A DNA stretch of 64,000 nucleotides from Pseudomonadota bacterium (GCA_049325255.1 JBMOMW010000050.1:3120-67119); one strand, 5' to 3'. Shown: positions 18,681-30,118, counted from the stretch's first letter. Numbers and translations are program-made. Notes: a model not told the origin generated them from the letters alone.

Positions 18681-19426
18681 GGTTGCTGCGCCTGATACCG
18701 GTCCAGCCCCTGCTGCATGCGGATCAGCGCATCATTATAGCTGGTGGCCGCCGCCATCTGGCCCGGTGATCTGGCGGGTGCGGATGGCTTGTTCTTGTTC
18801 GTATCCGGGCTGACAGGCTGGGCCAGATGCGCCAGGGGTTCGGCACTGCCAATCGTGCGGGACAGGGCGTCGAGCGTTGCGGCGTCGAGCGTTGCCGGCG
18901 CAGTGACGCCTTTTGGGTGCACCATCACGCGGCCGCGCCGGGTTTCGGATTGTGGGATTGCCGCCAGTACATTATTGGCGCCATCATCCTGATCGTCCGC
19001 TGGAACAGGGGCTTTGTCCTTTTCCCCCAGCATCGCGGTCATCACATGGTCACCGGCATCCTTGCCTGTAACCTTTTCAATCACTGTATTGATCAGGGAG
19101 CTGGCCAGGCCAATGACGCCGAAAAACATCGTATCGCCCGCAACGCGGCCAACCGGGGTGATTTCGTCGCCGGTGATGCGCCGGTAAATGCTGGACACAA
19201 TCGGGATATGCTGCAACGGATTGATCATGTCGAGAAAACCGGCGAACGAAAAACCGGCTTTCTTTTGCGCCGCCCCGGCGGTCCTGGCGTCTTCTTCCCG
19301 GATCGTGCTGGGCGCATTGCCGAACGTCCCGCCTTCATAGGGCGTCAGGCGGCCCCGCAACGGCAACGCATAATAGCGCCCTGTATAGGAAGACGGGTTG
19401 ACCGGGACTTGAGGCTCTGTAGACAT
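18668..19426 (-). CDS. Conserved hypothetical protein
   Basis: Contains a DMINPLQHIPIVSSIYR.ITGD block flanked by low-complexity regions. Confidence 0.75.
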   Translation of the reverse strand: MSTEPQVPVNPSSYTGRYYALPLRGRLTPYEGGTFGNAPSTIREEDARTAGAAQKKAGFSFAGFLDMINPLQHIPIVSSIYRRITGDEITPVGRVAGDTMFFGVIGLASSLINTVIEKVTGKDAGDHVMTAMLGEKDKAPVPADDQDDGANNVLAAIPQSETRRGRVMVHPKGVTAPATLDAATLDALSRTIGSAEPLAHLAQPVSPDTNKNKPSAPARSPGQMAAATSYNDALIRMQQGLDRYQAQQPHSP

Positions 19427-19438
19427 GGCGTCATATAC

Positions 19439-19527
19439 GCAAATGTCAGGCCAATAAAATTTCTATATAAATCAATAGTTTATATATTTATCCTATCCTT
19501 GTCTCTGCTCAGATGGCAATTACTGCC
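19439..19527 (-). promoter_or_regulatory. Sigma54 promoter, IHF site and ftr-like enhancer
   Basis: TGGCCTGACATTTGC (GG-N10-GC, minus strand 19453-19439); AATCAATAGTTTA matching WATCAANNNNTTR (19470-19482); GGCAATTACTGCC (19515-19527). Confidence 0.7.
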
Positions 19528-20657
19528 TAGAGTAAGTGGCCGCTTTTGTCGCGTTTGGTGTTGAGATAGAACCAGTTATGTTCATTGCTGGGGAACTGGT
19601 GCGGCACCCGCTCCACGACGCGCACGCCCAATTGTTCCAGCCCGGACACTTTCGAAGGGTTGTTGCTCATCAGCCGGACTTCGCTGAAGCCCAGCAAAGT
19701 CAGCATCCGGGCGGCGGGCAGGAAAATCCGCTCATCAGCCGAAAAGCCCAGCCGTTCATTGGCCTGATTGGTATCGAACCCCTGGTCCTGCAGCCCATAG
19801 GCGCGTAGCTTGTTGATCAGGCCAATACCCCGGCCTTCCTGCGCCAGATACAGCAGAACACCGCCGCCTGCTTCATTGATCTGCTTGATCGCGCCGCGCA
19901 ACTGTTCGCCGCAATCGCATTTCAGCGAACCGATCAGATCACCCGTAAAACATTCCGAATGCAGCCGCGCCAGCACCGGCTGATGCCGGTCCGGATCGCC
20001 GATCAGGATGGCGAAATGCTCCAGCCCGCCATCTTTGGGCCGAAAGGCGATCAGGCGCGCCGCTTCCGCGCCCGCCAGCGGCACCCGGGCGCCCGCCACC
20101 TGCACCAAAGCCATTGCCGCCGCCGCATCATAGGATAGCAGGGCGCCGGTGCGGACCTGCAGCAGGTCATGCCTGCTGGCAAAGTCCTTTAACGGTTGGG
20201 CCTGTGGCATATTAACCGCAATGACGGCGGGCAGCAGATGCGCCAGTTTGGCCAGCTTTATGGCCGCTGTCCAACCCTTGCCCTGAAGCGTACGCACGGC
20301 ATGAAATGGGCCGCGCAGGGGTAATTCCAGATCGCGTGAAGGATCCGCAAGCGACTTCGCCGCATCTGCGGTTTCCCACCCGCCTTTGACGTTTTGCGGC
20401 AAAAGCACAACATCTGGCGTATACAGGCGAATTTTCAGGGTGGCGGCGCGTTGATGGGTCAATGCCAGAAAAGGGGATGTTCCCGCCCATTGCGTCATGG
20501 CCTGTATGGTTTCCGGCCGGGCAAGCTCGGCCGCCACGGCCAGAAGGGCTGGACTGCCCGCATCATCGCATATCAGTACGGGCAGGCCACGGCGAAAATC
20601 GCCCATGGCGCGCTCAACCCCTACCAGAGGGGATATGCTGAACTGTTCCGGACTCAT
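19527..20657 (-). CDS. ribA: GTP cyclohydrolase II with a degenerate RibB-like N-terminal domain
   Basis: RLHSECFTGD...CDCG, QEGRGIG and NNPSK motifs. Confidence 0.93.
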   Translation of the reverse strand: MSPEQFSISPLVGVERAMGDFRRGLPVLICDDAGSPALLAVAAELARPETIQAMTQWAGTSPFLALTHQRAATLKIRLYTPDVVLLPQNVKGGWETADAAKSLADPSRDLELPLRGPFHAVRTLQGKGWTAAIKLAKLAHLLPAVIAVNMPQAQPLKDFASRHDLLQVRTGALLSYDAAAAMALVQVAGARVPLAGAEAARLIAFRPKDGGLEHFAILIGDPDRHQPVLARLHSECFTGDLIGSLKCDCGEQLRGAIKQINEAGGGVLLYLAQEGRGIGLINKLRAYGLQDQGFDTNQANERLGFSADERIFLPAARMLTLLGFSEVRLMSNNPSKVSGLEQLGVRVVERVPHQFPSNEHNWFYLNTKRDKSGHLL

Positions 20658-20880
20658 GATTTGCCTTCGCAAAAAAGCGCCATAGCCGGGGGAGTGATGA
20701 TAGTAAATGTCGTCATGTGTGACAAAATGCACATGGCATGCTTCCCGACAAGGCTTAAATTGTTTGCTAACCACTTCATTGCGGCATGCAATGATCGCGA
20801 TACGGCATCTGGCAGATGGATTTTTCGCATAAGAAGGGATTACGATGCTCCAGTTTCAAGAACAGGCTCAAGAACGGGTT

Positions 20881-21576
20881 ATGCCGGTTAATTTGCAAAA
20901 ACGCCTTTTGATCGTAGACGATGATGTGATGCTGGGTGAGTCCCTATCTGAGCAATTCGATTTGCAGGGCGAGTTTTCCAGCCATCTGGTGCATTCCGCA
21001 GCAGAGGGGCTGCAATGGATACAGCAGTCGCCCGCAGATCTGGTGCTTTTGGATGTTGGTTTGCCGGATATGGATGGACGCGAGGTGTGCCGCAAGATGC
21101 GCGCCCTGGGCGTAAAATGCCCGATCATCATGTTAACCGGGGTGGATTCTGAGGCCGATACAATTTTGGGACTTGAATCCGGCGCCAATGACTATGTCAC
21201 CAAGCCGTTTCGCTATGGGGTGCTGCTGGCGCGGGTGCGGGCGCATTTACGCCAGCATGCACAAAGCGAAGATGCGGTCTTTAATATCGGACCCTATAAA
21301 TTCAAGCCATCCGCAAAACTGCTGGTGCATGAAACCACCGCACGCAAAATCCGGCTGACCGAAAAAGAAGCTGCGATTCTGAAATTTCTGTATCGCGCGG
21401 GCGATCAGGTGACCGGGCGCGATGTGCTGCTGCACGAAGTCTGGGGCTATAATGCGGCTGTCAGCACCCACACGCTGGAAACGCATATTTATCGTCTGCG
21501 CCAGAAGATCGAAGAAAATCCATCCTGCGCACAGCTTCTGATCACCGAACATGGCGGCTACCGGCTGCGCCCGTGA
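20881..21576 (+). CDS. OmpR-family response regulator
   Basis: IVDDD, LLDVGLP and KPF motifs, plus wHTH THTLETHIYRLRQK. Confidence 0.93.
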   Translation: MPVNLQKRLLIVDDDVMLGESLSEQFDLQGEFSSHLVHSAAEGLQWIQQSPADLVLLDVGLPDMDGREVCRKMRALGVKCPIIMLTGVDSEADTILGLESGANDYVTKPFRYGVLLARVRAHLRQHAQSEDAVFNIGPYKFKPSAKLLVHETTARKIRLTEKEAAILKFLYRAGDQVTGRDVLLHEVWGYNAAVSTHTLETHIYRLRQKIEENPSCAQLLITEHGGYRLRP

Positions 21577-21660
21577 GGGATTTTCGAATTATGCAAATAT
21601 CTTATTCGAATGAGTGAATTGGGGTCTAGCCAGATACGAGACTTTCCTTCAGACTGAGAC

Positions 21661-22014
21661 ATGCCTGATATTTTGTCTCAAAATTCCGATGCAATACAAA
21701 TCGCCAGCCAACTGGGAAGGCTGGATTTTATTTCGGCGCTCCTGGCCGTGGTAGCATTGGTGATAGCTTTGGCAGCATTACCACTGTTTTTATTTCTTCG
21801 TTATCGTGCGGAAACTGTAGCCAGGGAAGAAATCCGGGCGCAAACGGAAGGGCTGACTTCTAAATTAGAAGCAGAAGCCATATCGAAAATGGAAGAGATG
21901 CTTTCTACATTAGTAAAAGATTATATGGAGTTGGCTCAAAACCAGGCAACGGTTAGACAAGCGGATGAAATTGCTGGCGCACAAGAGGATACGGAGCATG
22001 GCGACAATCTTTGA
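21661..22014 (+). CDS. Small single-TM hypothetical protein
   Basis: 117 aa, hydrophobic helix followed by an acidic helical tail; low GC. Confidence 0.65.
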   Translation: MPDILSQNSDAIQIASQLGRLDFISALLAVVALVIALAALPLFLFLRYRAETVAREEIRAQTEGLTSKLEAEAISKMEEMLSTLVKDYMELAQNQATVRQADEIAGAQEDTEHGDNL

Positions 22015-22480
22015 GAAGGTTCGGCAAGCAAAATCGACCTACCCTGTAGATGTTGACAAGCTTGCCCAGTCCCTGGGTATTAGTGTCGTGTATGTGACCA
22101 TGCCCGAGGAGGTTTCAGGGGCACTTGTGCGTAAAGGCGACTTGTATGTCATCACGATAAACAAGCACCACCCGCGCACACGGCAACGCTTCACATTGGC
22201 GCATGAGTTAGGCCACTATATTCATCACCGGCCCATTATTGGTGATGGAGTGAATGATAGTAAAACTTACAGAACAATAGCTAGCGATAGGCACTACAAT
22301 CCCCGTATTCTGCCCGAACATGAAACAGAGGCCAATCAATTTGCAGCCTCACTTCTCATGCCTATGGATATCGTTGAGCGTCTGCGCGCACATGGATTAA
22401 ATGCTGAGGAAATAGCAAAAGAATTACAGGTGTCGCGTCATGCCGCTTCTATCAGGATAGGCGTCCCGTATAATTCCTAG
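21998..22480 (+). CDS. ImmA/IrrE-family zinc metallopeptidase
   Basis: RQRFTLAHELGH and E.EANQFAASLLMP motifs; GGAG RBS. Confidence 0.9.
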   Translation: MATIFEKVRQAKSTYPVDVDKLAQSLGISVVYVTMPEEVSGALVRKGDLYVITINKHHPRTRQRFTLAHELGHYIHHRPIIGDGVNDSKTYRTIASDRHYNPRILPEHETEANQFAASLLMPMDIVERLRAHGLNAEEIAKELQVSRHAASIRIGVPYNS

Positions 22481-22488
22481 TATGTTTT

Positions 22489-23739
22489 TTACAGCGCCCC
22501 GCCTTTCATCAGGCGGGGCAGCGTTCCCACATCCCCCGCTGCATGGCGCATGGCCAGCCGCCGCAAGGGTCCGATCTGCCCAACCACGCCCAGTCCAATA
22601 TCGCGCGCCAGCCGCAATAAGGGTGCGTCATTGGAAAACAGGCGATTGAGTATATCGGTTACCGCCGCCAGGCTGACATTGTCAAAACGCCGCCATGCCT
22701 GATAACGTTCCAGCACCGTTGCCGCGCCAATATCCAGCCCCAGCCGGTGCGCATCCACCAGCACTTCGGCCAGCGCCGCCACATCGCGCAGGCCCAGATT
22801 TAATCCCTGTCCCGCAATCGGGTGGATGGTGTGCGCCGCATCGCCTACCAGGACCAGACGATCACTGACATAGTTGCGGGCGTGATGAAATGACAGCGGA
22901 TATATCCAGCGCGGGCCGTCGCTGTTGATTTCGCCCCATTGGCCGCCAAAACGCGCGCGTAATTCATAATCAAAATCTTCCTGACCCAGCGCCATCAGGG
23001 CCTGCGCGCGCGCAGTGGGTTCGGTCCACACCAGCGAAGAACGCGCGCCGGTCATGGGCAGAATGGCGAACGGGCCGCCGGGTAAAAAATATTCATGCGC
23101 CAGGCCGCCATGCGGCTGGGCATGATGCACCGTCGCCACGATACCGGACTGGCCATAATTCCAGGCGACCGATTTGATGCCCGCCGCCTGGCGCAAGACG
23201 GATTCCCGGCCGTCGGCCGCCACACACAGACGTCCGCGAAGGCGTCCACCATCGGCCAGTTGTATGGTTACGCCATATGCATCCGGCAGCGCGCAAAGCA
23301 CCCTTACGGGTGCGCGTACAGAAACCATCGCCGCATAGTCTGCAAGCGCTGTGTATAGCGCCGAACGTATATGGCGGTTCTCAAGGATATGGCCAAGCGG
23401 TTGTCCCGATCTTGTGGCGTCCCCGTCCAGATGATCGAAATGCAGGGCAAGCGGCGAGGGACCGCTTTCTACGCGCCCGTCGCTGACCATAATATCCAGA
23501 ATGGGTTGTGCATCTTTGACCAGTAGCGGCCAGACCCCCAGGCCTCCCATCAGCCGGATGGACGCGCGGCCCAGCGCGGACACGCGCCCGTCAAACCCGG
23601 ATGCAAGGCTTGTGGCCGGGGTGGCGGCGTCAAGTACAAGCACAGACAGTCCGGCCTGCCCCGCCGCAAGCGCGAAACTCAGGCCCGCCAGGCCGCCCCC
23701 TACCAGAACGATGTCAGCGTCAAATGGTGCTGAGGTCAT
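22489..23739 (-). CDS. UbiH/UbiL/VisC-family FAD hydroxylase
   Basis: GGGLAG, AADG and GDAAHTIHPIAGQGLNLG motifs. Confidence 0.92.
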   Translation of the reverse strand: MTSAPFDADIVLVGGGLAGLSFALAAGQAGLSVLVLDAATPATSLASGFDGRVSALGRASIRLMGGLGVWPLLVKDAQPILDIMVSDGRVESGPSPLALHFDHLDGDATRSGQPLGHILENRHIRSALYTALADYAAMVSVRAPVRVLCALPDAYGVTIQLADGGRLRGRLCVAADGRESVLRQAAGIKSVAWNYGQSGIVATVHHAQPHGGLAHEYFLPGGPFAILPMTGARSSLVWTEPTARAQALMALGQEDFDYELRARFGGQWGEINSDGPRWIYPLSFHHARNYVSDRLVLVGDAAHTIHPIAGQGLNLGLRDVAALAEVLVDAHRLGLDIGAATVLERYQAWRRFDNVSLAAVTDILNRLFSNDAPLLRLARDIGLGVVGQIGPLRRLAMRHAAGDVGTLPRLMKGGAL

Positions 23740-23745
23740 ATTTTC

Positions 23746-23881
23746 TGCCTAATTATTGTGCACAAAGCCTGCTAAATGGTCAAACCATCGGCGCGCTTCT
23801 GCCAACGGGGTCCATATCTCTCTTAGAATTCCCAATGATTACCAATTCGTGACGATTATCACAAACCGGCACAGTTCTTGA
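23746..23881 (+). promoter_or_regulatory. NtrC-like site and sigma54 promoter of glnK-amtB
   Basis: TGCCTAATTATTGTGCA (23746-23762) and CGGCACAGTTCTTGA, a GG-N10-GA variant (23867-23881). Confidence 0.65.
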
Positions 23882-24268
<387 letters not shown>

Positions 24269-24287
24269 GCGGTTTATGGAGAACAAC

Positions 24288-25646
24288 ATGCAAAACCTCA
24301 TTAAATATTCTTTCCTGGCCGCATTTCTGGCGCTTGCCGGACTTGGCTTTATGGACCCGGTTTTGGCGCAGGAGGCGGCCGAAGCGGCGGCGCCGGCCAT
24401 TGATAGCGGCGATACGGCCTGGATGCTGACATCGACAGCGCTGGTTTTACTTATGACCATCCCCGGCCTGGCGCTGTTTTACGGCGGCATGGTGCGCAAG
24501 ATGAACGTGCTGGCGACAGTCACGCAAAGTTTCGCCATCTGCTGTGTCGTGGCTGTGTTGTGGATGGTGCTGGGCTATAGCCTGGCCTTTGGCAATGGCG
24601 CCGCCTATGTAGGCGACATGACGCGCGTCCTGTTGCATGGCATGGATATGAATGCGCCTTTCCTGCTGGGGGCGGGCATGGAAACCGGATCGGTGCAGTT
24701 CACCATTCCCGAAAGCGTGTTCATGATGTTCCAGATGACTTTCGCGATCATCACGCCCGCGCTGATCACGGGCGCCTTTGTTGACCGGATGAAATTCTCG
24801 TCCCTGCTGGTCTTCACCGTGCTCTGGGTGCTGATCGTCTATGCGCCGATTGCACACTGGGTCTGGCATCCGATGGGTATGCTGTGGGCCGCGGGCGTGC
24901 TTGATTTCGCGGGCGGCACGGTGGTGCATATCAATGCCGGTGTGGCGGGCCTGGTTGCCGCGCTGATTGTCGGCAAGCGTACCGGCTATGGCAAGGGCGG
25001 CAGTCATAATTTTGCGCCGCATAATCTGGTATTGAGCCTTATCGGCGCGTCCCTGCTGTGGGTTGGCTGGTTTGGCTTCAATGCCGGTTCGGCGGGTGCG
25101 GCCAATGGTCGTGCAGGCATGGCGATGGCCGTCACCATGATTGCCGCAGCCGCAGCCGCGCTGTCCTGGATGTTCACCGAATGGTCGCTGCGCGGCAAAC
25201 CCAGCGCGCTGGGCCTGATTTCAGGCGCAGTTGCAGGCCTTGTCGCCATTACGCCTGCATCGGGCTTTGTCGATCCGTCCGGCGCCCTGATCATCGGCCT
25301 GATCGCGGGTGTAATGTGCTATTGGGGCGCCACCTGGCTGAAGCATGCCGGAGGCTATGATGATAGCCTGGATGCGTTCGGCGTACATGGCATTGGCGGT
25401 ATCGTTGGGGCCCTGCTGACCGGCGTCTTTGCCCTGAAAGGCGTTGGCGGCGTCTCAGGCCTGATCGAGGGCAATCCGGGCCAGGTTATGACGCAGATCG
25501 TGGGCATCGGATACACCATTGCCTGGTGCGCGCTGGCCACCGCCGGGATACTGTATCTGATCAAGTTCACCATCGGCCTGCGGGTTGAGCCGGAATATGA
25601 ACGCGACGGGCTGGACCTGTCGCTGCATGGCGAAACCATCCTGTAG
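24288..25646 (+). CDS. amtB: Ammonium transporter AmtB
   Basis: FQMTFA, DFAGGTVVHINAG and GWFGFNAGS motifs. Confidence 0.97.
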   Translation: MQNLIKYSFLAAFLALAGLGFMDPVLAQEAAEAAAPAIDSGDTAWMLTSTALVLLMTIPGLALFYGGMVRKMNVLATVTQSFAICCVVAVLWMVLGYSLAFGNGAAYVGDMTRVLLHGMDMNAPFLLGAGMETGSVQFTIPESVFMMFQMTFAIITPALITGAFVDRMKFSSLLVFTVLWVLIVYAPIAHWVWHPMGMLWAAGVLDFAGGTVVHINAGVAGLVAALIVGKRTGYGKGGSHNFAPHNLVLSLIGASLLWVGWFGFNAGSAGAANGRAGMAMAVTMIAAAAAALSWMFTEWSLRGKPSALGLISGAVAGLVAITPASGFVDPSGALIIGLIAGVMCYWGATWLKHAGGYDDSLDAFGVHGIGGIVGALLTGVFALKGVGGVSGLIEGNPGQVMTQIVGIGYTIAWCALATAGILYLIKFTIGLRVEPEYERDGLDLSLHGETIL

Positions 25647-25767
25647 CCTTACCAGATAAACCCGGTCTGGCCAGATCGCCGGACCGGGTTCCTGCCTGCA
25701 GAATATCTTCCGCCGCATCCCCCAATACGATAGACTTCGCCCAAAGCAATATTCCGGGTGAGGATAA

Positions 25768-26841
25768 ATGGCGGACGGCACGAAAATTCCCGCACAGCAT
25801 TCGCAGCAGGCGAATGATACGGACCAGGCCGTAAAGCCAGTTAATCTGGCCCTGCAGGGCGGCGGCGCCCATGGCGCGTTTACCTGGGGCGTGCTGGATC
25901 GGCTGTGCGAAGAGCCGCGCATCTCCATTGAAGGCATCAGCGCCACAAGTGCGGGCGCGATGAATGGCGCGGTCTTTGCGTCCGGCCTGGCGAAAGATGG
26001 CCGCGAGGGCGCACGCACAGCCCTTGAGGCCTATTGGAAGCGCGTTGCCAGGGCAGGCGAGTCAAGCCCGTTGCGGCCCAGTGTGTTTGACAGGCTGTTT
26101 GGCTTTACCTCGCCTGATCAATCGCCCGCATTCATGGCCTTTGATCTGATGACGCGGGTATTGTCGCCCTATCAGTTCAATCCGCTGAACCTCAACCCCT
26201 TGCGCGCGGTGCTGCAACAGAGCGTGGATTTTGCGGCGTTGCAGAACAAAGCCTGCCCGGTCAAACTGTTTCTGTCGGCCACCAATGTGCGCACCGGCAA
26301 AGTGAAGATTTTCGAGAATGGCGAAATCACCGCCGATGCCGTGCTGGCGTCAAGCTGCCTGCCGTTTTTATTTCAGGCGATTGAAATTGACGGCGAGGCC
26401 TATTGGGATGGCGGCTATATGGGCAATCCGGCGATTTTTCCGCTGATCTATGGATGTGAAAGTCATGATGTGGTGATTGTGCATATCAATCCGATTGAAC
26501 GCAAAAAGCTGCCGCGCACCGCCAGCGAGATCATGAACCGCATCAATGAAATCAGTTTCAATTCATCGCTGATGCGCGAAATGCGCGCGGTCAGTTTCGT
26601 GACCAAACTGATCGATGACGGCAAACTGAACGACCCGTCATTCAGCCGCATGCTGATCCACGCCATTGCCGCCGATGACATGATGCGCAGCCTGGGCGTG
26701 GCCAGCAAGATGAGCACCGAATGGGAGTTTCTGACCGGACTGCGCGACACAGGCCGCGCCTGCGCCGATGCCTGGATCACGCAGAATTTCGATGCGTTGG
26801 GAAATAGTTCGACGGTGGATATCGGCGCCATGTATTTGTGA
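25768..26841 (+). CDS. Patatin-like phospholipase
   Basis: LQGGGAHG, ATSAG and WDGG motifs. Confidence 0.9.
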   Translation: MADGTKIPAQHSQQANDTDQAVKPVNLALQGGGAHGAFTWGVLDRLCEEPRISIEGISATSAGAMNGAVFASGLAKDGREGARTALEAYWKRVARAGESSPLRPSVFDRLFGFTSPDQSPAFMAFDLMTRVLSPYQFNPLNLNPLRAVLQQSVDFAALQNKACPVKLFLSATNVRTGKVKIFENGEITADAVLASSCLPFLFQAIEIDGEAYWDGGYMGNPAIFPLIYGCESHDVVIVHINPIERKKLPRTASEIMNRINEISFNSSLMREMRAVSFVTKLIDDGKLNDPSFSRMLIHAIAADDMMRSLGVASKMSTEWEFLTGLRDTGRACADAWITQNFDALGNSSTVDIGAMYL

Positions 26842-26871
26842 GGAAATGCCGGACCGTTTTCTGATCCGGCG

Positions 26872-27561
26872 TCATGTCCGCGCGCCGAAAATTGCGCTGC
26901 CGATACGCACATGGGTTGCGCCATGCCGGATAGCCGCCTCGAAATCATCGCTCATGCCCATGCTTAAATGGGGCAGGCCATTGCGCGCGGCGATTTCAGC
27001 CAGCAATGCAAAATGCGGTGAGGCGTTTTCGTGCGCGGGCGGAATGCACATCAGCCCGCAAATATTCAGGCCCAATCCGGCGCGGCAGTGTGTAATAAAG
27101 CCATCTGCATGCTTTGGCGGCATTCCGGCCTTTTGCGGCTCTTCGCCCGTATTCACCTGAATGAACAGCGCCGGGGATTTTCCAGTGGCGGCGATTTCGT
27201 CCGCTATGCGCCGCGCCAGTTTTTCGCGATCCAGGGTATGGATCACATCAAACAGCGCCACCGCCTCGCGCACTTTATTGGTCTGCAACGGGCCGATCAG
27301 ATGCAGCCTGCATTCCGGAAAATTCTCGCGAAGCGGTGGCCATTTGCTTGCTGCTTCCTGCACCCGGTTTTCACCAAAATCCTGCTGGCCCGCCACAAGG
27401 GCTGGCAGCACGGTTCCGGCCGGATGAAATTTGCTGACCGCAATCAGCGTAATGCTGGCCGGATCGCGCCCCGCAGCCCGCGCCGCAGCGGCAATGCGCG
27501 CGCGCACCGCCGCAAGATTGGTGGTAATATCTTTTTGCCGGGATGAATCACTCTGGATCAT
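26872..27561 (-). CDS. yggS: PLP homeostasis protein YggS
   Basis: AVSK, FGENRVQE, HLIGPLQTNK and SMGMS motifs. Confidence 0.95.
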   Translation of the reverse strand: MIQSDSSRQKDITTNLAAVRARIAAAARAAGRDPASITLIAVSKFHPAGTVLPALVAGQQDFGENRVQEAASKWPPLRENFPECRLHLIGPLQTNKVREAVALFDVIHTLDREKLARRIADEIAATGKSPALFIQVNTGEEPQKAGMPPKHADGFITHCRAGLGLNICGLMCIPPAHENASPHFALLAEIAARNGLPHLSMGMSDDFEAAIRHGATHVRIGSAIFGART

Positions 27562-27602
27562 GGTTTGAATAATACACGCATTTTATACCAATGAGATTAT
27601 GA

Positions 27603-28208
27603 ATGATGCTGGCAAGGCTTGCGGCTCAACTCAAATGCGCTTCACGGTTTGCCCATTGCGGGAACAGATTACCGGCCTTGTGGCTGGTGAGTGATACGCT
27701 GCGCTTGCCGGATCCGCGTAACGCCATATTGCGGCTGCCCGCAGGTTCGGGGTTTATTTTTCGCCAGTATGATCACCCGGAACGCGAGGGCATGGCGCGC
27801 GAACTTTTGCGGCTTTGCCGGAAACGCCGGATCATATTCCTGCTGGCCGGCAACTGGCGCATGGCGTTACGCATTCATGCAGACGGGGTGCATTTTCCGC
27901 AAGGCCAGGCGCATCAGGCGCGCGCCATACGCACCGCAAGACCAGACGCCATCGTGACGGTAGCCGCCCATAATCTGCGCAGCATGCATCGCGCGCATTA
28001 CTTCGGCGCGGACGCCATATTGCTATCGCCGGTGTTCGCCACCCAGAGCCATCCAGGAGGTGCGGTGCTGGGCCCGGCCCGTTTTGCCCGTGCGGCACAC
28101 AAATTTCCCGTACCTGTTATCGCGCTTGGCGGCCTGAACCGGAGCAATGCGCGGCGCCTGAAGGGCAGCGGAGCGGCCGGAATCGCCGGGATCAGCGGGC
28201 TGGTTTAA
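27603..28208 (+). CDS. Thiamine-phosphate synthase/TenI-like TIM barrel
   Basis: [17 protein letters not shown] and ALGG motifs. Confidence 0.8.
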   Translation: MMLARLAAQLKCASRFAHCGNRLPALWLVSDTLRLPDPRNAILRLPAGSGFIFRQYDHPEREGMARELLRLCRKRRIIFLLAGNWRMALRIHADGVHFPQGQAHQARAIRTARPDAIVTVAAHNLRSMHRAHYFGADAILLSPVFATQSHPGGAVLGPARFARAAHKFPVPVIALGGLNRSNARRLKGSGAAGIAGISGLV

Positions 28209-30106
28209 CCTGCCTTGCGATCAGCCATGCGCAGTGAAAAATTGGCTTCCACATAGGCGATCAGTTGCGACACGCATTCCTCGATGGAATGCCTGGCGGT
28301 GTCCACCACCAGTTCGGGCGTCTCGGGCGCTTCATAGGGCGCCGAAATTCCGGTGAATTCCTTGATCTCGCCGCGCCGCGCCTTTTCATACAGGCCCTTG
28401 GGATCGCGGCTTTCGCAGGTCGCCACGTCGGCCTGCACATAGATTTCATGAAAGCGGCCGGGCGCCGCGGCGCGCGCCCGGTCACGGTCCGAGCGATAGG
28501 GCGAGATAAAGGCCGTAAGGGCGATCATGCCCGCGCGCGCAAACAGCGCCGCCACTTCACCGACACGGCGGATATTTTCCGAGCGGTCTTCCGGCGAAAA
28601 GCCCAGATTGGCGTTGAGGCCAAAACGGATATTGTCGCCATCCAGCACATAGACCGAATAGCCTTTTTCAAACAGACGCCGCTCCAGTTCCACCGACAAC
28701 GTGGATTTTCCAGCGCCCGACAGGCCGGTAAACCAGATCACGCCACCGCGATGGCCGTTCATGCGGGCGCGTTCATCGTCGCTGACGCCCTGTTCGACCT
28801 TGACGATATTGGTGGAGCGCTGGGTAATTAGCTGACGCTGATCGGCATAACCTTCCATGGAAATGATGCCGCCGCCGGCAATGTCATAGTCATCGACCAG
28901 CACGAAACGCCCGGTTGCCGGCATGTCATTAAACGCATCCAGCGCCACCATGCGCCGCGAACGCAGCACGACTTCGGCGACCTGATTGCGTTCGACCTGG
29001 CTCGCCGCCGCCGAGGACAGATCACCGGTATCAATCACCGCCTCGATTTTTTGCACCTGAACCTGCGCCTCGGTGGTGTTCAGTTTCAGCTTGTATGTCT
29101 TGCCAATGCTCAGCGGTTCATGGCCCAGCCAGAACAGACGTGCACGGAACACATCGGTTTCAATGGGCGCATTGCGGACATGGCTGATCGTGTCGCCCCG
29201 TTCGACGAAAATCTGTTCATCCAGCGTCATGCCCACGCTGTAGCCCGCCGTGGCGAATGCGGGTTTTGCAAGCGTTTCGGGCCATACTTCAAGGCTTTTT
29301 ACCCGCGCCGTCTTATTCGAGGGGGAAAACATGATTTCATCGCCGACAGTGACGCGGCCCGATTCAATGCGCCCGGCAATGATGCGGCGTTCATCAAATT
29401 TATACACATCCTGCACCGGCAGGCGCAGCGGCAGCTCGCTGGACAAGGGTTCCGACACAAAACAGTCAAGCGCGCCCACAACCGTCGGTCCGTCATACCA
29501 TTGCATCGCATTGGAACGGGTGACGATATTTTCACCTTCACGCGCCGACACCGGCAGAATGAAGGTTGGCGCGACGCCAAGTTCGGTCAAATAAGCGCGG
29601 TATTCCGCCGCAATTTCGTCAAAGCGCGCCTGAGAGTAATTCACCAGATCCATCTTGTTGATGGCGACGGCGACCTGACGGATACCCAGCAGATGCAGCA
29701 GATAGCCATGACGGCGCGATTGTTCGCGCACGCCTTCGACGGCGTCAATGATCAGCAGCGCCGCATCGCTTTGGGCAGCACCCGTGATCATGTTTTTCAG
29801 AAACTCTTTATGCCCCGGCGCATCAATGATCACATAATTGCGCTTGTCGGAATTAAACCAGATCTGTGACGTGTCAATTGTGATGCCCTGATCGCGTTCG
29901 GCCTGCAACGCATCCATCAGGAACGCATATTCGAACGGCATGCCGCGCCGGTCCGACATGGCCCTGATTTCTTCCACCTTGCCAAGCGGCAGAGAATTTG
30001 TGTCATGGAGAAGTCTGCCAACCAGCGTTGACTTGCCGTGATCCACATGGCCGACAATCACGATGCGCAGTAAATCGCGGACGGCGGATTCAGAAAGTTT
30101 CGACAT
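28205..30106 (-). CDS. cysNC: Bifunctional ATP sulfurylase GTPase subunit/APS kinase (CysNC/NodQ-like)
   Basis: GHVDHGKS and DAPGH in the GTPase; C-terminal [10 protein letters not shown] and LDGDNIR. Confidence 0.95.
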   Translation of the reverse strand: MSKLSESAVRDLLRIVIVGHVDHGKSTLVGRLLHDTNSLPLGKVEEIRAMSDRRGMPFEYAFLMDALQAERDQGITIDTSQIWFNSDKRNYVIIDAPGHKEFLKNMITGAAQSDAALLIIDAVEGVREQSRRHGYLLHLLGIRQVAVAINKMDLVNYSQARFDEIAAEYRAYLTELGVAPTFILPVSAREGENIVTRSNAMQWYDGPTVVGALDCFVSEPLSSELPLRLPVQDVYKFDERRIIAGRIESGRVTVGDEIMFSPSNKTARVKSLEVWPETLAKPAFATAGYSVGMTLDEQIFVERGDTISHVRNAPIETDVFRARLFWLGHEPLSIGKTYKLKLNTTEAQVQVQKIEAVIDTGDLSSAAASQVERNQVAEVVLRSRRMVALDAFNDMPATGRFVLVDDYDIAGGGIISMEGYADQRQLITQRSTNIVKVEQGVSDDERARMNGHRGGVIWFTGLSGAGKSTLSVELERRLFEKGYSVYVLDGDNIRFGLNANLGFSPEDRSENIRRVGEVAALFARAGMIALTAFISPYRSDRDRARAAAPGRFHEIYVQADVATCESRDPKGLYEKARRGEIKEFTGISAPYEAPETPELVVDTARHSIEECVSQLIAYVEANFSLRMADRKAG

Positions 30107-30118
30107 TCGCTTTAGCCC

